From Octopus bimaculoides (Eukaryota): DNA of 64,000 bases. The position numbers and the translations under genes are program-made. Below the pieces are notes generated by a model that saw only the letters and a list, made by a program, of their open reading frames with translations, made no database searches and was not told the origin of the DNA. Position 1 is the first letter of the stretch, and each line of letters opens with the position of its first letter. Of this stretch, positions 1 to 12,661 are shown piece after piece. The stretch spans positions 33,703,867 to 33,767,866 of the forward strand of contig NC_069005.1 of the NCBI RefSeq assembly GCF_001194135.2, given 5' to 3'.

Positions 1-70
1 TTATATTCAGGGCCAACGAAAAGGAAGAACGAATTTAGAAGAGATTTATACACACACAGTCCTTGGTCAG

Positions 71-115
<45 letters not shown>

Positions 116-411
116 ACAAACACACACACAAAACACACACACGCACACACGCACTCACAAACATATACATACATATACATACATACATAAATACACACAC
201 ACACANNNNNNNNNNNNNNNNNNNNNNNNNNNNNNNNNNNNNNNNNNNNNNNNNNNNNNNNNNNNNNNNNNNNNNNNNNNNNNNNNNNNNNNNNNNNNNN
301 NNNNNNNNNNNNNNNNNNNNNNNNNNNNNNNNNNNNNNNNNNNNNNNNNNNNNNNNNNNNNNNNNNNNNNNNNNNNNNNNNNNNNNNNNNNNNNNNNNNN
401 NNNNNNNNNNN

Positions 412-458
<47 letters not shown>
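71..458. repeat. (CA)n and (TA)n microsatellites flanking a gap
   Basis: Direct reading of the tracts either side of N 206-411. Confidence 0.97.
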
Positions 459-462
<4 letters not shown>

Positions 463-3299
463 CAGTCCCTGCTAAGTATAAACATACACACATATGTAGA
501 TATTGTACAGTATACACACATCACATACAGACACGTACGCACAGATACGTATATACAACACAAATCCCTTGCTCATCACACATCCACATAAATATATATA
601 TTTATATATATATATATATATACACAATCCTTGGTCAACATTTCCATAGCAATTCTGTGAGCATCTAAACATGCGCACCTTTTTCGTAGCTCTGAAATTT
701 TCTGTTAAGTCCAACATCAGACAGTGCCGCTAAAAAGGTGCCCCTGTCTAGAAAAGACGATATAAGTACATTCATTCTTACAGACTCCCCAAACCCAGCA
801 CATCCCATTCCATTCTTACCCCCCTGCTCAATCGAAAATCCCGCTTCACTTTTCACCATGTGCCACGTAGTATACGTTAAAACTGGGAGGAACAAAATGA
901 CCAGAAACATGTCCAGGACTACAAAATTAAAACCATTGATACATTCTATTTGAAACGAAAGACTCTAAACAAGGCAAGTGAAGGAAAGAGTTAAGAACTT
1001 GTATGTGTAACGGCCTGTATGCCTCTCCCTTAACTCAAACCGTATCAAACCGCGTTAAGTAGTCATGAAATGGCTCACGTATCAATATCTTTATATAATT
1101 TGTCTTTTTTCATTTCCTCGTCTTGTCAGATCAGTGTTGTCTAAAATATATATTCTCTCACCTTTTTTTTTAATGATTTTCTCTTGACAGTTTGTACTAT
1201 AAATGTCTCCCTTGATTCCTTGTTTTCTTTAGCTAAAGTTCTGCCATTTTTGTTAACTTGTTCCCATCAGCAGATAAACTACGGTTTCGGCTCTTTGGTG
1301 CTCACGCTGGAATTTCACATTAATTCTCCGAGACTGTCACTGAACTTACAATACACAACTATTAGCCTCAAACTAGCCTCAGAATGTGTTAGAAACTGCA
1401 GCCGAATTTCCCTCAAAGTAAAATATATCTTTTAAAGAAAATCGTAAGGTAATTCTTGGTGCGCTTCTCATACACATACACACAAAATATATAAAACTAT
1501 TGACATACACACATGCATAGATACATATATACATCGATACAATACCCAAGATACACTTTCGGTTTTGCACCTATTATTGTTGGAACAACAGGATGTATAA
1601 CAAACCCACCTGGAGCAAAATGTGGCTGAATTCGGGGAGAGAAAGCCACTCTTTAATACATACACTACAAATGATCACGATATCTGGGAGAAGAAAGGGC
1701 TGCAAGACCTGCATAAGATAGAAGCGTGATTAACAAAATACGATGTTTTCCTTCACAAGCAGGAAGACGTGTGCAAATTAAGTTTAAATTTAGAAAAAGA
1801 AACAGCAAACCTACCTACATAAATACACACGCACACACACACACATGCTTGTGAGTGGGTGTGTTGAAAATTAATGTCTCTCTCTGTTGCTACTCAGAGT
1901 ATCTCACTACATTGGTCAATCCTTCAGGAATTGTAGAGAGGCATTCAATGAGTAGTGAACAAAATCGTAGTTTTGATAAGAATGAAGAATGTGTGAAAGC
2001 ACTTTAAAACGTCTACGCAGTAACGTCTTTCAAATTCACTTAGAAATTGTAACACGTGTGTGTGTGTATATATATATATACGTCAACACTCATATACATG
2101 TGTGTTTGTATACGTGTGTTTATGTTTTGCAAGACGGATATAAAGTTTTAGCGAAAACTTCGTGCATTGTCGTTCAGTATTTCAGCTATTAAGTTGACAC
2201 CTTTGTGTATATAACGGATGATTAATGTTTACAAATACAGAAGCCTACACACACATACACATTCATATATACAAGTAATGCATATACATATGTACGTATA
2301 TATATATATATATATATATATGTGTGCGTGTGTGTGTGTGTGTGTGTGCATTTATATGTGTGTTTTTATGCATATATGTAAAATTTGTATATATTTTAAA
2401 TATATTTTACATGTAGTTTCAAAGTTTGCATGAATCGAAGAGAAATACAAAAATACAAAAATAAAATAAAATACATACAATGAGAATCTAATGGAAAACT
2501 TAAAAAACAAACACAATGAAATAAAATAAATAAATGTATATATACATACGTTAACGAATACAAAAAAAAATATAACATGGATATGTGAAAAGGAGGAATT
2601 TGTTGCTTGCTTGGAAGAAGAAAAGAGAAAAAATAAATCAATAGACCTTTAACTAAAACTAATGCGATTCTAGGGGAAAATGCCTGATGCGAAATGTTGA
2701 TAAGAATACGGTTGAGATATCTGTCTGGAGGCATGTCAATGTAAGTGCATAGGTGATTGATAAGTTACTTACATAGAAGTCTGGCAGGAATTGTTGGAGC
2801 GGCAAAAAATAATTAAAAGAGTTAACAAAAAAAGAAAGGAAAAATATGTAATGCTTTGTGAGTGTGAAGTTGGGGTGATGGTGATGGTGGTGGTGGTGGT
2901 TGTATTAGTGGTGGTTGTGCTGGTGATTGTGTTGTTGGTGATGTCGGTGGTGGGATGTTTACGGAGAGGAGGAGCGACCAGCTATTAATTTTGAAATAAT
3001 GGGGGTGTGTCTTGGGACGTTTACACACTCACGCACACGCACACAATCATTCATACATATATGTATATTACATATGCAGATTCGCAACATGCATACATAC
3101 GTTTATACATAAGTATGTGCATTCATTATATACACAGTATCTTGCCATATATATATATATATATATTAGTAAATATTCTAACTTTTCAATGATGTTATAC
3201 ATAATTTCATTTGTAACTTTACAGAAATAAATTATTCGTTAGATGAATGTGTACATCATGATCATCATCGCCACCAATATCGAGGAAGTCACAGTTTGG

Positions 3300-3625
3300 T
3301 AAACTAATTTATTAAATGGCTCTCCGTCGGTTCCGACGACGAGTTTTCCAGTTGATCCGATCAACGGAACAACCAGCTCGTGATATCAACGTGCAAGAGG
3401 CCGAGCACTCCGGAGACACGCGTTTCTTTAACGTAGTTCTCAGCGAGATTCAGTGACAAGGCTGTCGCCTTTGAATTACAGGTACTACTCATTTTTGCCG
3501 GCTGAGTGGAATGGAGCAATATCAAACAGAGTGTCTCGCTGAACGACACAACACGTCGCCGGGAACCGAATTCACGACCTTACGATTGTGAGAAGAATAT
3601 ACCTAGCCACAAAGCCACGCCCCTT
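3300..3625 (-). mobile_element. tRNA-derived SINE, family C (near full length)
   Basis: The minus strand starts with a tRNA-like head (A-box-like TGGCTTTGTGG, B-box-like TGAATTCGGTTCC). The head is homologous to the + copy at 30511. The body (GCAAGAGGCCGAGCACTCC...TTTGAATTACAGGTACTACTCATTTTTGCCGGCTGAGTGG on +) resembles a common octopus SINE. Confidence 0.8.
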
Positions 3626-4392
3626 CCCTAATTCATTTATCTATTGACTAATTATAAAGTTAATTGTTGATTAAAGAGAATCGAAATAGGATGCGTGTGA
3701 GTAGGGGTTCGGGTTCGGTACGTAAGCATAGATTATGCAAGATGAATCGGTTAGGAGGCTCAATATAGACAAAAGAGAAATCAAATTTGTGGTTTTTCTC
3801 TTTGTAATGTGTTTGGCAGTTCTTCCTGTTGTGTTTAACGTAGCTGTAATTTATATTTGTAGATTGGGGCGTGTGTGAGTGCGTGTTTGAGTTTTGTGCA
3901 TACATATATCTGTACATATGTGTGTGTGTGTGTATATATATGTGTGTGTGTGTCTATTATATGAGTGTACATATATAATATATGTAAATATATGTTTGAG
4001 CATATATATATGTACATAATGTATATGTAAATGTCTCTCAATCTCTCCCTTCTCTCTCTCTCCCTCTCTCCATATATATATGTATATATGTATATATATA
4101 TATATTATCTACCATACACAGTTTACAAAAGACATTTATCTCTCACTAGATGGAATACTTTTTTCGTTGATCCTACCTACAACGTAACAATAAGCTGTGT
4201 ATATAAAAGCATATGTGTGCTTCTAGATTGATATTCAAGATGGCATGGTATGATTCTGGGGGGATTTAGCTATAAGTTTTAACACGTCAACGCATCAATT
4301 TTCCCTGGCTTTGTTTTAATATTCTACCACTATATATCATTGTATTCCTATGGATCCACTTTCCTGATTTATTTAGCTGCTCTATCCACACT

Positions 4393-4393
<1 letters not shown>

Positions 4394-4461
<68 letters not shown>
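4394..4461. repeat. (TCTA)n tetranucleotide microsatellite
   Basis: Perfect TATC tract. The same unit recurs at about 9655-9708, 10143-10213, 23875-23915, 31940-32008, 34198-34250, 35213-35268 and 56305-56368. Confidence 0.97.
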
Positions 4462-4825
4462 AAAAGATATATATTTATAAAACATATCTGTCGGTATATA
4501 TACACACGCACACACATCCATATAAATGTGAGAGTTTATCTTCATGTTTAAGCCAGTGTCTGCGTATACTTCGTGCCGTAACATAATCGAAAAGAGCATT
4601 TTTATATTCGTTTTTTGTGTATTCGCTTGTTTATTAATTTACGCATTATTTTTTTTTTTTGCTATTTCGTTTATTTAATTATGCATCTATTTCTTTCTTC
4701 AAAATTATTCATTATATTAATTAGTGCTTGTATATATTTAAAATATTAGCTTGTAAGAACTTAAGGTTGTGACGTAAGTCTGTATTCATCTCATACCATT
4801 CAAAGTTGTTTTGTTAAATGTCCCC

Positions 4826-4960
4826 TCAAATCCACCGTGGTCGACTTTGCCTTTCATTCCCTCGGGGTCAATAAAATAAGTACCAGTTGAGCATTGGGGG
4901 TTGATGTACTCAAACTACGCCGTCTCTCGGACTTGCTGACCTTGTAGCAAAATTTCAAAT
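4826..4960 (+). mobile_element. tRNA-derived SINE, family A (5'-truncated)
   Basis: GTCGACTTTGCCTTTCATTCCCTCGGGGTCAATAAAATAAGTACCAGTTGAGCATTGGGGG aligns to the fuller copy at 28451-28635. Confidence 0.85.
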
Positions 4961-5464
4961 CCTTATTATTACGACCTCCACCGTTTTACATGCCGCTAAT
5001 AGAATATTCGTGCAGAAATACAAAAATGGTTGCACGGCGTCTTCATTTTTACAAGACGCCATTTTGTCGGTTGAGCCATAGAATAAGAAGGAATGAAACG
5101 ATTGAAGGAGTAAGTAAAGGAGTTTGCTGGTTTTGCGTAGACCCAGGTTTGAGCCAGCAGACTGAGGATCAAATGTTTTCCAGCAATGTTCAGCTATTTT
5201 TTGTTTTGCAGCATAGTCTATCTAGGAGTATGGTGTCTCGTTCATCCTTCCTTCCGAAGTGTGTTATTTGATCGAGATTTGGTTACTATTTCTTGGGCGA
5301 CGAAGATTTCCTCAATTGCGGTGGGAAACTTAAAAAGAAATAAAAGAAATACGATATGAAAGAATTGGAAGAATAAAAGAAAATTAAAATTTATGAGATG
5401 AGTCAGAGAATGGTAACTGGAATAATAAGGAATAACGGTGGAGACTAGAAGAGACTTAAAGAAG

Positions 5465-6417
5465 ATAATGGATGATGATGATGATGATGATGATAATAAT
5501 AATAATAATAACAACAGCAATGATGGTAATAATGATGATGACGATGATACTGATAATGACGATGATGATAATTATGATGATGATGATGATGATGAAGATA
5601 GTGTTGATGCTTTGAAGAAGAGTTTGAAGAATTTAAAGAAGAGGAAGAAGTAGAGGAAGAATAATTTCAAAAACTGAAGTGGAAGGGGAAGAGAAGGAGG
5701 AAAAGAAGAAATAAAAGAAGAAAGAGAGGAAGAAGAAAAAGAAGAAGAATAAGGAGGAGGAGGAGAAGAGAGAATAAGAATTTGGAGAAAAATATGAAGT
5801 AGTAGCAGTAGTAGTAGTAGTAGTAGTAAAAGAAAGCAAAATGAATGAATGAAAGAAAGTAAGAAAAGGAGAAGGCGTAGAAGAAGAGTTTTGCAGAGAA
5901 TGGTGAAGATTTATAGAATGAAAGACTCGAAGAATAGCAACAATGGATGTAGGAAAGTGTTGTAATCTTTAAAGATGGAGATAAAAGAGAATTCTAGATG
6001 AATGACATTATTCTTGTGCTTATTATTGTGATTGTTGTTGTTGATGCTGCTACTGCTGCTGCTGCTGCTGCTGATGATGATGATGATGTTTGTGTTGTTG
6101 ATATTGTTGGACTTTGGTTGTTGTTGTTGTTGATGTTTGTTATTGTTCTTGATCTTGTCTTCTGGTTGTTGTTGGTGTTCGTCTTCCTCCTCCTCCTCCT
6201 CCTCCTCCTTCTTCTTCTTCTTCTTCTTCCTCTCCTCCGCCTCCTCCTCCTCCTTCTTCTTCTTCTTCTTCTTCTTTTTCTTCTTCTTCTTCTTCTTCTT
6301 CTTCTCCTCCTCCTCCTCCTCCTCCTTCTTCTTCTTCTTCTTCTTCTTCATCTTCTTCTTCTCCTCCTCCTCCTCCTTTTCTTCTTCTTCTTCTTCTTCT
6401 TCTTCTTCTTCTTCTTC
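5465..6417. repeat. Compound trinucleotide low-complexity region (GAT/AAT, GAA-rich, GCT/GAT/GTT, then TTC/TCC)
   Basis: Direct reading. The purine tract is at about 5630-5900 and the pyrimidine tract at about 6170-6417. Confidence 0.95.
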
Positions 6418-7689
6418 NNNNNNNNNNNNNNNNNNNNNNNNNNNNNNNNNNNNNNNNNNNNNNNNNNNNNNNNNNNNNNNNNNNNNNNNNNNNNNNNNNN
6501 NNNNNNNNNNNNNNNNNNNNNNNNNNNNNNNNNNNNNNNNNNNNNNNNNNNNNNNNNNNNNNNNNNNNNNNNNNNNNNNNNNNNNNNNNNNNNNNNNNNN
6601 NNNNNNNNNNNNNNNNNNNNNNNNNNNNNNNNNNNNNNNNNNNNNNNNNNNNNNNNNNNNNNNNNNNNNNNNNNNNNNNNNNNNNNNNNNNNNNNNNNNN
6701 NNNNNNNNNNNNNNNNNNNNNNNNNNNNNNNNNNNNNNNNNNNNNNNNNNNNNNNNNNNNNNNNNNNNNNNNNNNNNNNNNNNNNNNNNNNNNNNNNNNN
6801 NNNNNNNNNNNNNNNNNNNNNNNNNNNNNNNNNNNNNNNNNNNNNNNNNNNNNNNNNNNNNNNNNNNNNNNNNNNNNNNNNNNNNNNNNNNNNNNNNNNN
6901 NNNNNNNNNNNNNNNNNNNNNNNNNNNNNNNNNNNNNNNNNNNNNNNNNNNNNNNNNNNNNNNNNNNNNNNNNNNNNNNNNNNNNNNNNNNNNNNNNNNN
7001 NNNNNNNNNNNNNNNNNNNNNNNNNNNNNNNNNNNNNNNNNNNNNNNNNNNNNNNNNNNNNNNNNNNNNNNNNNNNNNNNNNNNNNNNNNNNNNNNNNNN
7101 NNNNNNNNNNNNNNNNNNNNNNNNNNNNNNNNNNNNNNNNNNNNNNNNNNNNNNNNNNNNNNNNNNNNNNNNNNNNNNNNNNNNNNNNNNNNNNNNNNNN
7201 NNNNNNNNNGATGGAGGTAATGACGAATCGTAACAGTTCGGTTCCAATTTAGAATATGTCAATTCTTACAGCAGAACCACAAAACATTGTAGCCTCTTCT
7301 TTTAACGCTTCTTGAAGCCGCCCACAAAATAATTACTAAACGATATTTGCTGTCTAAATGGAAGAACGGAAATAAATGACCTCTGTAACTGAAGCTATTT
7401 CCCGACATATTCCAGGAGACGTCACAGTTCTACAAGAATAATAACCAGAATTAGTAGGCACAATGTTGGTCTCAATTTTTCATGAACCAAAAGAACGAGG
7501 TTCAATTCCCTTTTACTCTTTTTTTTTGTTGTTTCATTACCACAAGAAATATTTGGTTCAATATTCGATTTAAAGTTTAACAAGGGAAAAAAGAAATGGA
7601 ATATTTTCTGTAATTCTTTAACCCTTTCACTGTGAGATTAAAATTCGTAGATATCCCTGTAATGATGTTAAAAAAATACACACACACAC

Positions 7690-7720
<31 letters not shown>

Positions 7721-8680
7721 ATTGGAATTTCCTGCAAGTCACGTTGTCTTAATAAACTTGACTTGTCTCAACGAAAGTAGTTTTAAATATTCCTTCACGA
7801 AAGATAGACTGGTTTATAACATTGAGTGGATATATGAGATTTCCGTTGTAAAAGGGTTTAGGTGAGAGAAACCGAATGGAGAGTTGGGGATCCTTTTAGC
7901 AAGATCACCTATAAAAAGGTGATGCCCACTTCAAACCACTAGCAGGGTAAAAAAAGAATGTTACCTTCATTCATAGACGATAATTTCGTTGAAAGTATTG
8001 TGTCAAACACAGTTCAATGAACCAATCAGCGATTTCGTTCCAAAGAGGTGTTTGTCCACTCGATTTCTGGAGGGTTCTAACTTATCTCCTGTCGCAGCTT
8101 CTAGAAGATTCTCTCTCTCTCTCACACACACATACTCTGTATTAAAAGATATCTACCGGAAAGATTATATGTAAGGTGTACGTTTGTAGAATTTTTGAGA
8201 TAAAGCATCGATATGGAATATAGAGCTATGAAAGCATTAATCCTTGTATAATCAAATTTCTCATATCGTAACTTTACAAAATGGCGCTGGCTTTGAATGG
8301 CTGCAACTGTTATTATTGCAGCCCGTCTCCTGTGTTGCGACTTATTGATGCTGGTTACAGTTTTCGCCTGCAGCGGATTTAGTTGAAGACTAGTCACTAA
8401 TTGAAACTATGTTGTACTACAAATAATTATCTTTAGACGTGTGATCAGTATTTCACTGTATATTGCACCAACAGCTGTAATATTTATATAGGAAGTTCGA
8501 AGTAGACGTGTATGTTACTGTATTGTATATTTCTTCATGTGATTAGTGCTTGAATATATTTTTGTAATACTAGGGCAGCGAGTTAGCAAAATCGTTAGCA
8601 CCTCCCACGAAATTGCTGGTCTCGTGCCAACATTTGCATCATCATCATCATCATCATCATCATCGTCGTCGTCGTCGTCA

Positions 8681-8810
8681 GCGAGCAAGATATTTAGCAC
8701 GCTGGACAACATGCTTAGTGGCAGTCTTTCGGATTTACGTTCTGAGTTCAGATTCCGCCGATGTCGACTTTGTCTTTCGGGGGTCAATAACAGGGGTACC
8801 AGTTGAGCAC
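8681..8810 (+). mobile_element. SINE family A (3'-truncated)
   Basis: GCGAGC...ATGCTTAGTGG...TTACGTTCTGAGTTCAGATTCCGCCGATGTCGACTTTG...GTACCAGTTGAGCAC matches family A. Confidence 0.85.
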
Positions 8811-8968
8811 TTCTTTCAGTTTCTGTCTACCAAATCCACTCACAAAGCTTTGGTCGCCCTGAGGCTATAGTAGAAGACACTTGCTGAAGGTGCCACACAG
8901 TGGGACTGAACCCAGGACCATGTGGTTGGTAAGCAAGCTACTTCCCACACAGCCACTCCTGCGCCTAT
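8811..8968 (-). mobile_element. tRNA-derived SINE, family B
   Basis: Minus strand ATAGGCGCAGGAGTGGCTGTGTGG...GGGTTCAGTCCCACTG (A/B-box-like) continues to GTCTTCTACTATAGCCTCAGGG. It is highly similar to the copy at 14421-14550. Confidence 0.85.
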
Positions 8969-9656
8969 AGCCACTCCTGCACCTATGAATCACTCCTGTA
9001 CCTATGAATATATTTTCACATTTCTCCTGAAGCTGATTCTGACATCTTCAAAAGCCACAACTCAATCAAGATGTCTAAGGAATTCTCAGAAAGACTTCGG
9101 TTAACTTTTACTTGAAAAATAAAAATTTTGAACAAAAGAAAAAAAAAAATACNNNNNNNNNNNNNNNNNNNNNNNNNNNNNNNNNNNNNNNNNNNNNNNN
9201 NNNNNNNNNNNNNNNNNNNNNNNNNNNNNNNNNNNNNNNNNNNNNNNNNNNNNNNNNNNNNNNNNNNNNNNNNNNNNNNNNNNNNNNNNNNNNNNNNNNN
9301 NNNNNNNNNNNNNNNNNNNNNNNNNNNNNNNNNNNNNNNNNNNNNNNNNNNNNNNNNNNNNNNNNNNNNNNNNNNNNNNNNNNNNNNNNNNNNNNNNNNN
9401 NNNNNNNNNNNNNNNNNNNNNNNNNNNNNNNNNNNNNNNNNNNNNNNNNNNNNNNNNNNNNNNNNNNNNNNNNNNNNNNNNNNNNNNNNNNNNNGTACCT
9501 ACTATATACACACACGTATATGTATATGTATGTGTGAGTGGGTATGTACCTTTGTTAGCATACATATGTATAAATTATATGCATATATATAATATATACA
9601 TTTATGTAGGTACATGTTTTATAAAAAAATAAAAATATATTTTAATATATTACCTT

Positions 9657-9708
<52 letters not shown>

Positions 9709-9709
<1 letters not shown>

Positions 9710-9748
9710 AGTATATCGGTATATCAGTATATCAGTATATCGGTATAT
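9709..9748. repeat. 8-bp minisatellite C(A/G)GTATAT x5
   Basis: cagtatat cggtatat cagtatat cagtatat cggtatat, directly after a (TCTA)n tract. Confidence 0.9.
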
Positions 9749-10018
9749 CTATCTTTATATGCATGTATATAGATTACATACGTTCCTTCAATCAACATGT
9801 ATTCTTCGACCTCTTGGCATTTCATTAAAATCTCAGGTTTACTATTTTCCTGTCGGCATTTCTCTTAGACATGGTATACTGGCCAAAATCCGCCCTTCAG
9901 CGGATTTATTCATGCTTAAAATGCCTTTTCTTTTCGAAATAATTTCCCTACCTACTACTTAAATACGCATACACTCAGAGATGAACACATATACGCATAT
10001 ATCTTTATGTACATTTAT

Positions 10019-10019
<1 letters not shown>

Positions 10020-10097
<78 letters not shown>
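10020..10097. repeat. (CA)n microsatellite
   Basis: Perfect tract. Confidence 0.97.
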
Positions 10098-10101
<4 letters not shown>

Positions 10102-10142
10102 TATGTGCCGTAAAAATAAACTATATATATATGTGCTAATTT

Positions 10143-10214
<72 letters not shown>

Positions 10215-10739
10215 CACTAAAATTCGATTAGAGCTCAGAATACGGCAGCGAAAGTTTATTTTACCAGAAGCAGATCAAATGAATTAGTTGACAGGAAAAA
10301 TACAAGGACGAAAATGATACAGTAAATATTTCGAAGCGTGCTTGCGGGAAGTTATTAATTCAAATCTTTAATATAATAGAAGTCAGTGAATAAAATGAAA
10401 AGTTTCTCGGTTAAACACAAGCTACATCAATTCTTTGAACGGGACTAAAACATCATCGCGCTGCTTTGTTACATAGATTTAAGAATCACTGTTGATACCG
10501 ACTTTAGAAGAGTTATTTCTTTTTAGATATTACTTTAAACGTGGACACAAAGTCTGCTCTTATCGAACACCTAATGAGAAATTATGTTATATCAATATGA
10601 TTTGAACTCAACTGCGAATTATTCAACGAAATTTAATTTCTAATTTTATTAAACCTATCTCTTCACTATCCTCGGATGAAGACACATTTTAGTACTTATC
10701 ATAATACGGCTTTATAAAATAGCGGCGTTTCAGAGAAAA

Positions 10740-11400
10740 TACAATACATGGCCACTCAATCTATCAAAGCGTAAGAATAGATCTAGAAATATCCTGTCGT
10801 ATAATACAAAATATTAGAAAGAATTTCTAAATTTAATTTCTTTTCACTTCACGATAGAAGCGAAGCTGAAGGTAATTATTCTAACTGTAAGAATTTTGTT
10901 TGTTCAATCAATCGCTTCAATGCCGAAACACTCTGCAAGAACAATCATTTAAAATCTCTTTGTGCCTGTAATTGTATTGCTTCGGACAACTGTCCACTTA
11001 ATGTTGTCTTTCGAAATCATTGGTGAATTACGTTAAGGTAGATAGAGTGATGATCGTACTCTGTTTAAGAATTACATGGGATTTACTGAGAAACATTTCA
11101 AATTACGTTATTACCAACATAGATACTCCTTCAAACATCCGGAGAAAACTTATTCTATAAGTTGGTCCAAGAACATTTGGTCCTTGAAAGAATTCACTCA
11201 TGGCGCTTTTTACAGGACGGGAACACACAAAGTTTGTTCTTCTTCGAAATTTGTTTTGTTACTACATTTAACTGAGAAACTTTTCAATTTTCGTTGCCGA
11301 GACTCACAGGCGTTTGAGGATTGGTCTCAACCACTAAGTATGTATAAACACACTCCTAAATATCTATGTTGTAATTTTCTTCCTTGTCTCCCTCCAAACA
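10740..11400 (+). mobile_element. Penelope-like element remnant: GIY-YIG endonuclease region (pseudogenised)
   Basis: CNCIASDNCPLN at 10967 matches the PLE CNC-x-CPL motif. After a frameshift comes KNYMGFTEKHFKLRYYQHRYSFKHPEKTYSISWSKNIWSLKE (11073 onward), matching YIG-x-TE-xx-FK-x-RY-x-NH-xx-SF...LSK-x-IW-x-LK. This is followed by LHLTEKLF and SMYKHTPKYL, like the LCLTEK...CRH-xx-K C-terminus. Confidence 0.8.
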
Positions 11401-11944
11401 TCAAATTTATTTGATCTTCTGGCAAAATGATTTTTCTCCCCAGCCATATTCTCATATTTACTCGACTCACCACGCTGCATTTGTTAATAAAGTCTTGACA
11501 CGTTTGACTTATTTTCCTTACACTGGCTGGCTAAATAGTATATCCGCATATTACATTCTGCCGATCATTTTAAAAATATATATTCTAAAAATCTCCTTCA
11601 CTCCATTCTTAACAACTTCTTTGTAAACTTTTTTTTTATATTCATATTCGTAAAGTGAAACAATGTCCTTTTATTAACGCCATTTTGCACATATCGTTGT
11701 ATTGAATTTTCTTATTTTTCAATATTCCTATTTTCAATTATTTTCCCTGTTTTCTTTTCCCAACACCATAACCACATACTCACACATTTTGTTCACATTT
11801 TATATTTTGTATTTCTTGTATTTACTTGTGTATAAGGGTTATATGATCAACCAATCAGAACATTTTGCTCCAATAATATTAACCAATGGGAGTTTGTCCA
11901 AATATTCAGATAATTATACTTCATTTCCTCAAAACATTTAATAT

Positions 11945-11998
11945 TTTCATCCGAAGATCGATCAGGACCGACAAAACAAGAAACTCAGAGTTATGAAG
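11945..11998 (+). ncRNA. Type I hammerhead-ribozyme-like motif at the PLE 3' end (variant or degenerate)
   Basis: UUCAU-CCGAAGA-[UCGAU cagg ACCGA caaaacaa]-GAAACUC-A-GAGUU/AUGAA. Helix I is UUCAU:AUGAA (5 bp plus a U.G pair), helix III is the quasi-palindrome AACUC-A-GAGUU, and the cleavage triplet is GUU. The core has U4->C and helix II is imperfect. Confidence 0.55.
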
Positions 11999-12043
11999 TT
12001 TCTGCTTCAAAAACTATGTATGTATGTATGTATACAAACATAT

Positions 12044-12105
<62 letters not shown>

Positions 12106-12629
12106 ATGTGTGTATGTATTTATATTGTGTGTGTATGCATGTGTCGTTATTTTATAACAAGTGTACGCATGTATAATACTCTGTTTCTCAGTCGTCTCAC
12201 ACATATATACATATATTATAAATACATACATACATATATATATGTGTAAATATATATACATAAATGTATATTTATATGTCTATTCATATGTATATATATA
12301 TATATATCTGTCTATATGTATACACATATATTCTGTAGGCAATTTTAAATTGAAATAGAGTTCTTTCTTTGTTTTTCTCTCTCACTCTCTTCTCTGTCTG
12401 TTTATCTCTTTCTCTCTCTCCCTCCTCTCTCTCTCTCACACACATACATCGACTCTCATTTGTCTGTCGAGCTTGTTTCATATTTTAATTTATCAATCTG
12501 TTTGTGGACCGGCCTAAACACATACTAATGTGTGTAATACATTTAAACACTCGCGCACGCACCACATACTGGCACATTCATACCTACACACACATAAATA
12601 TATACACACATAAAGATGTGGACATATAT

Positions 12630-12661
<32 letters not shown>

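Noticed and set aside
5040-5300. Minus-strand KIAEHCWK resembling a GIY-YIG AEH-x-W motif
   Set aside because: There is no YIG or R-xx-EH motif upstream and no matching sequence downstream, so it is likely chance.
10860-10932. Minus-strand acceptor TTGTTCTTGCAG followed by SVSALKRLIEQTKFLQLE*
   Set aside because: It lies antisense within the Penelope-like remnant and has no independent support as an exon.
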